Shown piece after piece: positions 40,437 to 50,279 of a stretch of 64,000 nucleotides of DNA. Within the stretch, counting starts at the first letter, position 1; every line of letters begins with the position of its first letter. A program made the position numbers and the translations under genes. The stretch comes from a virus (lineage: Duplodnaviria > Caudoviricetes): positions 1-64,000 of IMG/VR virus record IMGVR_UViG_3300042269_000666. One strand, given 5' to 3'. The notes under the pieces were generated by a model, which saw nothing but the letters and a program-made list of their open reading frames with translations, did no database searches and was not told where the DNA came from.

Positions 40437-40841
40437 TTAATCGATCCATGCAGACCAGCCGCCCAATACACACGCCTGGTACGCTAACCAGGCGCGGCGT
40501 TCCCAGAAGCGACGGACAGGAGTCCAGAACCAGCCGGAAAAACGCGCTTTAATTTCAAGTCCCATATTATGACTAAATTCTTCGTTCGTCTCGTTAAACG
40601 TGGAAAGCAGCTTGTCCGAACGATCAAAACGCCAGTCATGGATCAGCACTGGCCCTTTGAATATTCGCAGGAAAATTGTTACAATCCAGCGCGCCCATTT
40701 AGGAAACCAGTCCGGGCCAGCTCCATTGTAAATTTCTGCAAGTTCTTCAATCGGAGTATTCCAAAATTCTGCCGGAGCTTTCAGACCTAGCTTTTTACAC
40801 CGATCAAAGATTTTCTTGATTTCTTGTTCGCGTTTGGTCAT
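40437..40841 (-). CDS. DUF1353/phospholipase A2-like protein
   Basis: YNGAGPDWFP...LIHDWRF. Confidence 0.55.
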   Translation of the reverse strand: MTKREQEIKKIFDRCKKLGLKAPAEFWNTPIEELAEIYNGAGPDWFPKWARWIVTIFLRIFKGPVLIHDWRFDRSDKLLSTFNETNEEFSHNMGLEIKARFSGWFWTPVRRFWERRAWLAYQACVLGGWSAWID

Positions 40842-40843
40842 TG

Positions 40844-41206
40844 TTATACCTCCTCAAGTATTTGTTTAAGGTTTTTTAGTCTGTTGCCGTAAGTGTCGCA
40901 ATCTGTCCATGTAACCCCGGCAATTATCATTTTCTTTCCGGCTTCAGCTACGGTGTCGTTGATTGTGATATTCAAGCCGGTGTATTTGGCGTTGATCTCG
41001 TCGACCTGGTCAGACAGCCGTGTTAGAATGGCGTTGAGTTCTGCCCGTGCCTCTGTGCCTCCTGGAACGTTCTCAATGTTGAGTTCGTCCTTATTGCCGG
41101 AGTAGTCGGGCAGGTTTATGACCTGCAACCCGTCTGCTAATCCTGAAACTTTGCCATCGACAAAGTCCACTATATTTCCTGTAGCTGTTTCAAAAATTAT
41201 TCGCAT
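40844..41206 (-). CDS. Hypothetical protein, possible fibre chaperone
   Basis: Position after fibre gene. Confidence 0.45.
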   Translation of the reverse strand: MRIIFETATGNIVDFVDGKVSGLADGLQVINLPDYSGNKDELNIENVPGGTEARAELNAILTRLSDQVDEINAKYTGLNITINDTVAEAGKKMIIAGVTWTDCDTYGNRLKNLKQILEEV

Positions 41207-41218
41207 AGTTTTCGCTCC

Positions 41219-42439
41219 TTAAATTTTATTTACGCCGTTGAGATAGACGGAACCGCCGTTTTTACTTCGGTAAGCCGCCGTTTGTGCCCCGGTGGGTGCA
41301 ACTGAAGTTTGACATCTGAAAGTTGAAACGATACCGTAAAATGGATAAGGAGAGACGAACCGAGGCCCCGCCAGCTTTAGAAAATTGCCGCGAACCCAAG
41401 CAGAACCGCCAGAGAATACACAAGCGGACAAGGTGAGCGACGCAACACTTTCGGCTTCATAGAAACAAGCGTTTTCAGACACAGAGCCAGGAACTGTTGC
41501 TGAAAACTTACACCCGTCAATGTAACTTCCGTCGATATCGCACTTAGTAATCAACACCGCCTGAACACTTGAAGCTTTAAACTCAACTCCATAGCAGATT
41601 CGCAACTCATAGAGTTGTAGCTCGTGCAAATACAATGCACCAAGGCCGTTCGTTGAATTAATAGTTAAAACTTTGTTATTTCTGGCGTAAGTCGTTGCGC
41701 CGGCGTAATCGTTTTCAGGTGGTTCGTATGCAAAATCAAGCTTGACCGCACCGTTGCGAACCTTGGTTATTTCCAGCATTTCGGAACCTAAATCATAGTA
41801 CCCGCCTGTGTCAAAGGTGATCTGCAAAGCGTACCAGTTCAGATCGAGATTTCTGTGATTGGCCAAAAATGATATTATCTTATCAATTTCCGACTGAGGC
41901 TGTACATACTGCATTACGGCTTCGGTATCACCACTAGGTAAGGTTTCCGCGACATAAGAAGCGGTGATTGTTACGGTTCCCTTGTTGCCAGTCGGGTTAG
42001 TATCTGGATGGTAATCACCATCCATGTGAGATACTATGTTGTAAGTGCCATCATAATTGACAGTATGCGCTATCCTGATTGAATCACCATCATCAAGAAA
42101 ACAGTGGTAAACTTCGAACGTTACCGTTCCGTTACCGTTATCGACAACAGCAGAGCCGCCAACCAAATATGCTCCGTGTTTGCCGGATATTCCTACATGT
42201 AGAGTTGCGGTTGAGCTTATTTTGTCGTCAATGTATTTCAGCAAGCTAGCTATTTCATCTTTATTGTAATAATTGCTTAAATCAACTTCTTTGCCGGAAA
42301 TTTGTGCGGTATCTCCATTGGAATTTTTACAGTGAAGATATACTTCGCCATCCACAACTTCAGGCCAGATAAGCAAGTACCCCTCCGGCACCTGCGAGTT
42401 ATTGAAGTCCTCTGCTGTTTTAACTTTTAAGATTTGCAT
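41219..42439 (-). CDS. Tail fibre/receptor-binding protein with shared N-terminal module
   Basis: MQILKVKT..DF...VPEG.LLIWPE; VDLSNYYNKDEI coiled motif; beta-rich C-terminus. Confidence 0.65.
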   Translation of the reverse strand: MQILKVKTAEDFNNSQVPEGYLLIWPEVVDGEVYLHCKNSNGDTAQISGKEVDLSNYYNKDEIASLLKYIDDKISSTATLHVGISGKHGAYLVGGSAVVDNGNGTVTFEVYHCFLDDGDSIRIAHTVNYDGTYNIVSHMDGDYHPDTNPTGNKGTVTITASYVAETLPSGDTEAVMQYVQPQSEIDKIISFLANHRNLDLNWYALQITFDTGGYYDLGSEMLEITKVRNGAVKLDFAYEPPENDYAGATTYARNNKVLTINSTNGLGALYLHELQLYELRICYGVEFKASSVQAVLITKCDIDGSYIDGCKFSATVPGSVSENACFYEAESVASLTLSACVFSGGSAWVRGNFLKLAGPRFVSPYPFYGIVSTFRCQTSVAPTGAQTAAYRSKNGGSVYLNGVNKI

Positions 42440-42448
42440 AATTGTTCC

Positions 42449-43747
42449 TTAATAGTTTATTTTGACGTGTTCAATAACGGCAGTCCATCTGGTAGATGTG
42501 GTGTTGGCCGGGATTATTTTGATCGATAGTGCATCATTCGTGTCGTCTGCTGAAATCGACCAGGTTGGAGTACCTATATTGGTGTCACCGAACCATGCAA
42601 CAATTGTCTGCATATTTCCTGTAAGACTGGTAGTGCCACCCTCGTTCTTAATGAGTACTTGATAAACGGCAGTGCCGCATGAGCCGTCAGCCTGTTTTCC
42701 CAGCACGGTAATTCTACAGGAATAGGCATCACCGTCTAATAAGGTAAATCTGCAAGAATTACCATCTAAAAATAATTCTGTTAGAGAAGTAGTTGACGTT
42801 TGTTTTCTTGCTTGAAGTTTTCCACTCTGGCAATCACCGTTATTAGCAAAAATACCTGATGAATGTGAAAATTCACAATAATTTGAAGCCTTAGCGTTGT
42901 ATCCGTTTGAAAAAGAAGCAAAACCATCAGCTAAAGTCTCTCTTCCATACGAAAATGAATATAATCCATTAGATTCAGTGTCAAAGCCACCAGCAAATGA
43001 ATAATTACCAGTAGCTATTGTTGTACTACAGCAAGCAAATGAATAACTTCCACTCGCTAAAGTCATATAACCAGAAGAAAATGAACTATCTCCACTAGCC
43101 GTTGTGCTTCTTCCAAATGATATTGAATATTCTCCACTCGCAGTCGAATTAAAGCCACCAGCAAATGAATAATTACCAGTAGCGCCAAAGGTTGTTCCGG
43201 TTGTTGAATATTCTAAACTAACCGACTTAATGCCAGCAGTGCCTCTACCACTTGAAACATTATCTAGTCCATAACCACTATCTTCAATAATTAATTTTCC
43301 ACCACTTGCGCTAGGCAAATTAGTTAATTGCGATCCGTCAACTGCCGGAAGTTTAGCTGAGCTATCTAACTGAACAACGTTATTTGCCGCGGTACCAGTG
43401 TTGAGAATGGCAGCCGTACCGAGTCCCAAGTTAGTACGGGCGGTACTGACATTATTCACGTCTGACAGATTGTTGCTTATAGCCAATGCTGAAACCTGAC
43501 TGGCCGTAACGCCGTGAGGATTAGCCGTGCTGACACTATGGGCAGTGTTATTGCTTACATTTGCAGCATCCGAAGCGGTGAACGCTTGCGTAGCCGTGCC
43601 GCCTATCTTCAAATTACCGGAAGTAAAATCTGCGGTCTGTGTTGTAACTCCCGTTGTATTGTCAAGCATTAATGTTGTGCGCTTGGTTCCTGCGATAGTT
43701 AATGATAAGACAATAATAATTGCAATTGTTGGTATTAGCTTTTTCAT
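42449..43747 (-). CDS. Adhesin/fibre-like protein with signal peptide and YadA-head-like repeats
   Basis: [19 protein letters not shown]; seven 14-aa repeats such as [14 protein letters not shown]; ARTNLGLG. Confidence 0.7.
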   Translation of the reverse strand: MKKLIPTIAIIIVLSLTIAGTKRTTLMLDNTTGVTTQTADFTSGNLKIGGTATQAFTASDAANVSNNTAHSVSTANPHGVTASQVSALAISNNLSDVNNVSTARTNLGLGTAAILNTGTAANNVVQLDSSAKLPAVDGSQLTNLPSASGGKLIIEDSGYGLDNVSSGRGTAGIKSVSLEYSTTGTTFGATGNYSFAGGFNSTASGEYSISFGRSTTASGDSSFSSGYMTLASGSYSFACCSTTIATGNYSFAGGFDTESNGLYSFSYGRETLADGFASFSNGYNAKASNYCEFSHSSGIFANNGDCQSGKLQARKQTSTTSLTELFLDGNSCRFTLLDGDAYSCRITVLGKQADGSCGTAVYQVLIKNEGGTTSLTGNMQTIVAWFGDTNIGTPTWSISADDTNDALSIKIIPANTTSTRWTAVIEHVKINY

Positions 43748-45738
43748 GCGGTTAAATTCTCCGTTGTAAGTGATCCATCATCGTTAATTGTTATGCGAAA
43801 TCTGGTGCCGGAAGTACTTGTCAATATCAAGCCTTTGCTTGCATCAGTGATTTCAAAATCATCAGAGCCTACTTTGTCAGCTTTGCCGGATACGTCAACA
43901 TATTCACCGGGATCACCTTTGTCTCCCTTATCACCCTTATCTCCTTTATCGCCTCCGGCAAGAACTAATTGCCATGTTCCTGCAATGGCGGTAATATTTT
44001 TCATCGCCATAATGCCGGATATATCTACAACCGTTGAATTGCTGGTGTAGCTGACGGCATTTTGCGACAACTGCCACTGTGTACCGTTCTCATCAGCAAC
44101 CGCGACAATGTTCATAACGGCATTTACATGAAGAATTTTTCCAACTAAATCATCATTAATAAAATCATGCCGTGCACCATGAACTTTTAGCCAGTTGAGA
44201 TAATCTGACTCGGTGCCTGTATTGCCCTGAGAAAGCCACATCTGATATAGGCTTTGCCCGGAAATTCCTTGAGCAAAACGTATGCGTCCACCATTTGATA
44301 CGTCACTTTGACCAAAGTAGATAACGGTGCGAAGATTAGCCCATTCGGTTGTAATCATTACCGGACTATCAGGGTCACCAGCTTTGACGGTTTGCCCGTT
44401 GCCCATTGCGTCATAAACTTCAATCTGAGCTATGGTCTTGGTTCCATCAATTACCAGTGAGCCGCCAAAAACATTGTCTGCGGTAAATTCAATGTCCGGT
44501 ACAACTTCGGCATTTTCGCCACGATCACCCTGATCGCCCTTGTCCCCCTTATCACCTTTCTCGCCTTGTATGCCCTGAATGCCACCAGGAGCAGGTTCAC
44601 TCCAATCCCCGAAAGCATCACTGATTTTCAGATAGATATGATTGTTGTCGGTATCAAGATAGGTAAAGCCACGCTCAGCATCATCATACAGGCTTTTATT
44701 GGCAAGCGTTCCGGCCATATCGATTTTTACGCCATCGCCTTTTTCGCCAGTGTCTCCTTTATCGCCCTGATCCCCTTTATCTCCCTTTGCTCCAGTATCG
44801 CCGGGCAAACCTCTATCACCAGTATCGCCCTTTTCGCCCTGAATACCTTGGAGGCCTTGTATGCCTTGTGGTCCCTGCGCTCCATCTGCCCCAGCTGGGC
44901 CTTGTATAGTAGTAATGTGAACAGGCTCAGACCATACACCACTCTTGAACCAATACATATCACTGGTATCACTGGCAAGATAGCGGTATCCCTCTGCAGG
45001 AGCTTCCGGCATGTCAGCAAGTAAACCTATTTCATCAGGTTCAATATTTTTACCGTCAAGCCCGTATGGAATTAATTGCGGGTCACTGGCAACTCCTGTA
45101 ATGCCATGCCTTACGCGTTGATATACATCAACATTTGCGTTTAAATCAGAGTGCCAGTTTTCTCCGTCTTCGGAAAACTCAAAAATAAGTTTACGTGCAA
45201 TTGCCGCTTCGGTTTCAAGCGCGGTATAATATTCCGGTTGTTCTTCCGGTGTTGGAGGATCACCAGCAATATAAACACAGTTGCGTATTGTTACGCCAAA
45301 CTGCCATGCGAAAGACCTTGCAGGAGGTTCATCATCAGTAAAACCACCGATTTCACCTTTTAGACTGATTGTCTCCTGAGTATTTAGAGTATCACGCATA
45401 ACCGGATAATCAGTATTCGGCATCAGTGCTGAAAGTATAGTTCTTCCATTCTCGTCAGTTCTGACGGAAATATTTTCAAGCTGCAGCATTTTCGGAGGGG
45501 TAGCTTGATCAAAATCCCCGTCAAGTGCATAATAAAAACTGGCAACATCATCAAAAGATGAAATTGGATATACTTCTAGAATTCCGCTGTCAGAATCCAC
45601 TTCGGTTGACCTGACATCAAATTCCAGATTGAGAATAGAACCTATAACGATATCAGGCAGGCTGTCTTTACCGCCGTATTCATCGGTGATTTTAGCAGTC
45701 GAGCCATTTATTTGCAAAATTTTTCTTATCGTCTGCAT
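43744..45738 (-). CDS. Collagen-like tail fibre protein; homolog of 4930..7941
   Basis: GXY tracts; [10 protein letters not shown]...[20 protein letters not shown] nearly identical to prophage 1 copy. Confidence 0.85.
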   Translation of the reverse strand: MQTIRKILQINGSTAKITDEYGGKDSLPDIVIGSILNLEFDVRSTEVDSDSGILEVYPISSFDDVASFYYALDGDFDQATPPKMLQLENISVRTDENGRTILSALMPNTDYPVMRDTLNTQETISLKGEIGGFTDDEPPARSFAWQFGVTIRNCVYIAGDPPTPEEQPEYYTALETEAAIARKLIFEFSEDGENWHSDLNANVDVYQRVRHGITGVASDPQLIPYGLDGKNIEPDEIGLLADMPEAPAEGYRYLASDTSDMYWFKSGVWSEPVHITTIQGPAGADGAQGPQGIQGLQGIQGEKGDTGDRGLPGDTGAKGDKGDQGDKGDTGEKGDGVKIDMAGTLANKSLYDDAERGFTYLDTDNNHIYLKISDAFGDWSEPAPGGIQGIQGEKGDKGDKGDQGDRGENAEVVPDIEFTADNVFGGSLVIDGTKTIAQIEVYDAMGNGQTVKAGDPDSPVMITTEWANLRTVIYFGQSDVSNGGRIRFAQGISGQSLYQMWLSQGNTGTESDYLNWLKVHGARHDFINDDLVGKILHVNAVMNIVAVADENGTQWQLSQNAVSYTSNSTVVDISGIMAMKNITAIAGTWQLVLAGGDKGDKGDKGDKGDPGEYVDVSGKADKVGSDDFEITDASKGLILTSTSGTRFRITINDDGSLTTENLTA

Positions 45739-45778
45739 TTATAAACCCTTTGTTTTTGTAATAGAAGAACTTTGTCAA
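45739..45778 (-). promoter_or_regulatory. TTGACA-N15-AAAAA block-start motif
   Basis: TTGACA at 45773-45778, then AAGTTCTTCTATTAC, AAAAACAAAGGG, ATG. Confidence 0.55.
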
Positions 45779-45780
45779 TA

Positions 45781-46173
45781 TCAAACAGATAGATAAAGCT
45801 TTATGAACTTTTTATCCCGGGCAGAAGCGGCTTCACGCCCACGAGTAAGAAACTTTCTGCCGACTTGAACGTCTGAGCGGTTTTGAGCATCAAGAGAATT
45901 AATCCCCAGGTTGTAATAATCCTCATGCATGCTGAGTACATAATCGCTTGCAGTGCTGTTTACGGGGACACGGATCACAACCGAAGAATCATAAACCTGT
46001 TTTACTATGCCTACTCGCAAAAATCCTTTATCAATTGGAGCTCGCTTACTGCCCTCAAGAACATGATTGTTGCCGATTGCGTTCAGTGTTTTTCGAAGAT
46101 TAACACGGCGATCACGGATAGCTTTATCAATATTTTTTCTGAATTTGTCCATCCCCTCAATAGCCATCAACAC
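45781..46173 (-). CDS. Neck/tail-completion protein (HK97 gp10-like)
   Basis: IEGMDKF..., APIDKGFLR.GI, Y...HE, KFL. Confidence 0.7.
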   Translation of the reverse strand: MLMAIEGMDKFRKNIDKAIRDRRVNLRKTLNAIGNNHVLEGSKRAPIDKGFLRVGIVKQVYDSSVVIRVPVNSTASDYVLSMHEDYYNLGINSLDAQNRSDVQVGRKFLTRGREAASARDKKFIKLYLSV

Positions 46174-46472
46174 ACCGCCAGTTTATAAAATTCATGGACA
46201 TTATCAAAAAGGTTGTCGATGCGCTGAGCTGACCGCAAATCAAACTCAGCTTCGTTTTTATCGATAAAAGTGCAATCAGCGGTTATCTCATAATCGCCAA
46301 GTCCTTTGCACATATAAAAGTCTTCATACTGCAATACGCCATTAGCATCGCGGTAATTGTCACTCATGATAAAGTAAGTACAGGGATGCTCGGCATATTC
46401 CGGCTTGTTATCGACAAAGTTCCCTGTCGGGATTCTAACTTTGCCAGTATCTCTGCATAGTTCTTCAAACAT
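46167..46472 (-). CDS. Probable head closure protein
   Basis: Size and position before gp10-like gene; ATG 46472 overlaps portal stop. Confidence 0.5.
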   Translation of the reverse strand: MFEELCRDTGKVRIPTGNFVDNKPEYAEHPCTYFIMSDNYRDANGVLQYEDFYMCKGLGDYEITADCTFIDKNEAEFDLRSAQRIDNLFDNVHEFYKLAVC

Positions 46473-47940
46473 CTTGAGGAGTCCTTTGACGTGGAAGTTT
46501 AGGTTCGTTGGATACTTCATTGATTTCCTTTAGAACCTTTTGGTAAGTTTCTGGGGAAACCTGATTGAGTTCCGCTAATTTGGCTAAGGCGGCACGTTTG
46601 ACTTCCCGGGCATATTCATCACCGGCATCAAAGCTCGAAAGATTCATCAAGGCCGCAACTGATTTTTCGATATCTTTAACTGAAAAATCATGGTTGTAGG
46701 CAAGCGTAGGAATCTTTATGGAGGAATCCCAGAGGTTTAATAATTCCCATGCCTTGGCTTCGGCCTGCTCCAACTGTATAGCGCGATTTGCTAAACCCTG
46801 CTGAATATTGACCGAATCCCAAGCTTTAGATTCTGCGGTTTGAGCAGATTTGCTGCTGGATTGCAGTGCAAGCCCGACCACATCAAAAAGCTGTTCTTTG
46901 AGATACGTATTTTCTTCACGGATTGTTTTAGTTTCAACACCACCAGGAGATATGTAACGGCAAATGCCTCTCTCCTGTTCAGTTTCCCAAATCGCGGCAC
47001 TTTTGGCTAATTCTTGCGCGAGAGTTAAAGTTGAGGTTGCTGTTGTTTCCCTGCTGGATTCCTCTGTAGTTTCTTCAGTGATTTCAACAGTGCCGCTGGA
47101 TCGGGCAAAGCTTTCCGGCAACACCAGCAGGCCGAATAGTTGCTGAATGATATTCATCTGCGCTTCGGAACCGTTATTGAGGATAGCGTCCGATATCCTG
47201 ACAACGTCTTCAAACCAATGTGCGCCGGAACCCATACCAAAGCCGTCCGCTTCTTCTATCTTTACCAGTGGAACCCGTCCGAGTCCATGAACTGCATTAG
47301 CTGTTTCTTTTATTTCTCCATTGGAATTTTTTTCAAAAAGCCGCCAGTCGCTTCGGGTCCATACACGACGGCATTCAATGCGCTCACGCTCTGAGAAAGG
47401 GGTTTTTTCATCAAGCCGTGTTTCTGAAATTATAGCCCACGCAATTTCACCGTCTGAATCATATGCCCAGTCCCGAACCGCAAACGGTGATAAAACCTGA
47501 CAGTAAGGACGAAGCTTGTGCTTCTTTTTCGTTTCCATATCTACATCATCGACTACTGCCGGCATGTCGACAAGCAGCCAGCTTAAGCCGTAACAATTGA
47601 GAGTAGTTGAGGCCTGTAGCATGACTTCATCAACACGCAAGCCGTGGCGGTCAAAATCTTCCTGTACATCATCGTCCACGCCATCGCGCTTAGGCTTTGA
47701 ACTTAAGAGAAAATGACTGATAAGCCGCGCGATCTTTTTAGGCAAATTGATATAGTAGGCTCGTTTCAGGCGTTCCAGATAAGCCATCTCTAATTCTGCC
47801 ATGTGTCTTATCAGGGCAGTTTTTAAATAACTTGCACCACCAGAGTAAGCCTGGTTAATTCTGATCCAAGTATTTTCATATTTACTCACCAGGGGATGAG
47901 TGCGTTCAAATAGTATATCATTCGGGTTCATTGGCATCAC
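46465..47940 (-). CDS. Portal protein (SPP1 gp6/DUF4055-like)
   Basis: RTHPL..Y...W..I..AY.GG..Y, Y.ERLKRAYY.N, HGLGRVPLV. Confidence 0.88.
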   Translation of the reverse strand: MMPMNPNDILFERTHPLVSKYENTWIRINQAYSGGASYLKTALIRHMAELEMAYLERLKRAYYINLPKKIARLISHFLLSSKPKRDGVDDDVQEDFDRHGLRVDEVMLQASTTLNCYGLSWLLVDMPAVVDDVDMETKKKHKLRPYCQVLSPFAVRDWAYDSDGEIAWAIISETRLDEKTPFSERERIECRRVWTRSDWRLFEKNSNGEIKETANAVHGLGRVPLVKIEEADGFGMGSGAHWFEDVVRISDAILNNGSEAQMNIIQQLFGLLVLPESFARSSGTVEITEETTEESSRETTATSTLTLAQELAKSAAIWETEQERGICRYISPGGVETKTIREENTYLKEQLFDVVGLALQSSSKSAQTAESKAWDSVNIQQGLANRAIQLEQAEAKAWELLNLWDSSIKIPTLAYNHDFSVKDIEKSVAALMNLSSFDAGDEYAREVKRAALAKLAELNQVSPETYQKVLKEINEVSNEPKLPRQRTPQDV

Positions 47941-47975
47941 TCCAATTTGTTTTTATAAGTGGAGCGACGTGTCAA
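47941..47975 (-). promoter_or_regulatory. TTGACA-N15-AAAAA block-start motif ahead of portal
   Basis: TTGACA at 47970-47975, then CGTCGCTCCACTTAT, AAAAACAAATTGGAG. Confidence 0.55.
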
Positions 47976-48005
47976 TACCATTCTCTTTATTACGCTTCCT
48001 ATGTC

Positions 48006-48252
48006 TACGTATGTTATGATGGGGGCGGTCTTAGTCCCCCATCTAATAACAACGTATACGAGAGCGTACGCGATACACATATGTATATATCTATGATATA
48101 TAGTTAAAAGTACTCAATACGATACATACTAGTAGGTAAGGTATCGTGTACGATACCACGTTACTTTGTTAAGTGGTAAGGTATCGTCAACAAACCCTGA
48201 AAAACGTCAAAAAGTAGTGTAAAAACGGTAAAAATAACGTATACGATACCAC
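48006..48252. repeat. Non-coding hairpin + iteron-like region; candidate replication origin or packaging region
   Basis: GATGGGGG/CCCCCATC stem; six CGATAC copies; GGTAAGGTATCGT x2; TACGATACCAC x2; AT-rich tract. Confidence 0.6.
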
Positions 48253-48276
48253 CTAGGTGATAACGTATTTTTGCGG

Positions 48277-48312
48277 TTGACATAGCAGGCTCTTTAAAAA
48301 GGAGTTTTCCAG
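48277..48312 (+). promoter_or_regulatory. TTGACA-N15-AAAGGAG block-start motif
   Basis: TTGACA at 48277-48282. Confidence 0.55.
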
Positions 48313-49143
48313 ATGTCGACTATTGATAAATTATACCATAATCATGGACAGAGCAATGACGCGTACAACAAGGAAACAAATGTTGAAATACCATATTTGG
48401 TGACAGGTGTTGAAAGTGTTCAGGATGCAATTGATGCTCTTGCCGCGTCAGAAGATGTACCTAAATTTCATGGACGTTTGGTTGTAACCGGATATGACTT
48501 TGACGAATTGTCTGCAGAGGGAGCATATCAGATTGTTGTAAAATACGGGTTCTCGGCAACTTCTTCTGAATCATGGTCAAGTTCTGATGATGCGGACAGT
48601 AATCCGGAAGTAACTATTGATATCGGGGCTAATTCCGATACTCGAATGCATTCGCTAAGACGTGTTGCTACAAGTTCCGGCGCTCCTGATTCAATTGAGA
48701 GCAAAACTGCTATCGGCGTAGATGCTGACGGTAATATCAATGGCTGTAAAGTTCTTACCGGTTATCGTACTCGTACAGAAATATTTTATATGCCGTTGAG
48801 ACGCTTGTCTACTAAATACGAGAAAGCCCTTGATCAACTGGTGGGAGCTATCAATAACAAAGCTTTTCGCGGTTATGCTGCTGGTGAAGTACGTTTTGAC
48901 GGTGCGACCTATACTTACAGAGAGGGGCAGGAAGAACCTGTTCGAGTTACTTTCAAATATTCGATTTCAGCCAACATGGAAAAAGTTAAATTCGGCAAAT
49001 GGAAAATGACTAAACGCGGATGGGATTACGCATGGATAAAATACACTACTGACGAAGCGGACGGTGAGCCGGTAGCCGAATATGCTGTGATCGATGAAGT
49101 AAGTACATATGACGACTTTGGAAAATTGGGGATAGGCAGATAA
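48313..49143 (+). CDS. Tail protein; homolog of 2041..2865
   Basis: EIPY.V, F.GY..GEV.F.GA, RGWDYAW, GKLGIGR. Confidence 0.7.
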   Translation: MSTIDKLYHNHGQSNDAYNKETNVEIPYLVTGVESVQDAIDALAASEDVPKFHGRLVVTGYDFDELSAEGAYQIVVKYGFSATSSESWSSSDDADSNPEVTIDIGANSDTRMHSLRRVATSSGAPDSIESKTAIGVDADGNINGCKVLTGYRTRTEIFYMPLRRLSTKYEKALDQLVGAINNKAFRGYAAGEVRFDGATYTYREGQEEPVRVTFKYSISANMEKVKFGKWKMTKRGWDYAWIKYTTDEADGEPVAEYAVIDEVSTYDDFGKLGIGR

Positions 49144-49144
49144 T

Positions 49145-50011
49145 ATGGATAAGGTAAAAAAGGGTGATCCGTTAAGACTTTCGGCAGGATTTATCAATGA
49201 TACCATTGATTCAAACGTCAGGAGCAAACAACATGATTTGACCTTGAATAATTTACGCCTGAAAAATCTTGGTATTGTTACTGTACGGAATAATTCTGAT
49301 AAAGACCGCAAGATTTTTGAACCGATCAATATTGATGGCATTTTGCTTGATATCGAAAAGGATGGCGGCATAAAAACCAATGGCATCTTTAAAGGGGTGC
49401 TCGATGATAAGATTGATATTTTCGCGGTGTGCCTGAATGCCATTCCTAAAACTAAAACCGGACGTGCCATGCTGGTTGGTATTACTCCGGCCAGAGTGAA
49501 AATTGAGAGTGCAACCCATAAGTACATCACAGTAAAAGACGGCATACTTGTTTCCTGCTCATCAGGTCCGGCACGTTTGTTAGGTTCTCAAAAAGACAAT
49601 GGCGAAACATGGGGCATGATTTACCTCGGCGGTACTGGCAGCGGAGGCAATAACTATACCGGTTTTTTCAGGCTTGAACCTGATGGCGAGAATACCGATA
49701 CCATAAATATTGTAGATGGCTCCGATACCCTTGGCGATAATTGCGGTATTTATGTATCTGGTATTGATAAAACTTTAGTACCCAAAACCAGCCTGAAAAT
49801 ATCCACTGAATCTTACATAATGCTTTACGCTACTTATGCAGAGGAAAAGTGGACTATTGAAATAAAAGCCGAACCCAGCATGCCGGATTTTTCCGCTGAA
49901 AAGTTCACAGCCTTGCTGGGTATCGTTAAATGGGATACCGAAAACAAGAAAATGGGTCAGCCCATACAGATTTGGAATAACGGAATTATCTACAATAACA
50001 GGTATAGTTAA
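49145..50011 (+). CDS. Tail protein; homolog of 2874..3773
   Basis: C-terminal half closely matches the prophage 1 copy. Confidence 0.65.
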   Translation: MDKVKKGDPLRLSAGFINDTIDSNVRSKQHDLTLNNLRLKNLGIVTVRNNSDKDRKIFEPINIDGILLDIEKDGGIKTNGIFKGVLDDKIDIFAVCLNAIPKTKTGRAMLVGITPARVKIESATHKYITVKDGILVSCSSGPARLLGSQKDNGETWGMIYLGGTGSGGNNYTGFFRLEPDGENTDTINIVDGSDTLGDNCGIYVSGIDKTLVPKTSLKISTESYIMLYATYAEEKWTIEIKAEPSMPDFSAEKFTALLGIVKWDTENKKMGQPIQIWNNGIIYNNRYS

Positions 50012-50193
50012 GGCTTTTTGATTATGGTATATATTATTTTTGCTTTATCCAACTTATCTGTTAGTTCTTTTAAGGTTCTTCCGGAATATTTAGATTCTTC
50101 ATCCATTACTACGCTGTAACATCCGTTGTCGTATTTTCTGATGCTTGTTTGGGTGCCATTAATTGTAGCTTTTCCAATAAATTCGTAATTCAT
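50008..50193 (-). CDS. Small 61-aa antisense protein; homolog of 3778..3963
   Basis: AGGAG RBS; own promoter-like sequence; conserved in both prophages. Confidence 0.8.
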   Translation of the reverse strand: MNYEFIGKATINGTQTSIRKYDNGCYSVVMDEESKYSGRTLKELTDKLDKAKIIYTIIKKP

Positions 50194-50218
50194 TTTACGC
50201 TCCTTATGAGTTATTTAC

Positions 50219-50247
50219 ATTATACATGATTACGTATGATGTTTCAT
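50219..50247 (-). promoter_or_regulatory. Probable sigma70 promoter for antisense mini-gene
   Basis: ATGAAA-17 nt-TATAAT on minus strand. Confidence 0.6.
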
Positions 50248-50279
50248 TTATTTATAAAAAAAATCAAGGAAATTAAATA

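Noticed and set aside
41219-45738. Classical tail-fibre shufflon (Gin/Cin/Min type)
   Set aside because: No small invertase and no silent alternative fibre 3' ends flanked by repeated inversion sites
48006-48252. CRISPR array or mini-array
   Set aside because: Repeats are 6-13 bp, irregularly spaced and in both orientations; no cas genes in the window
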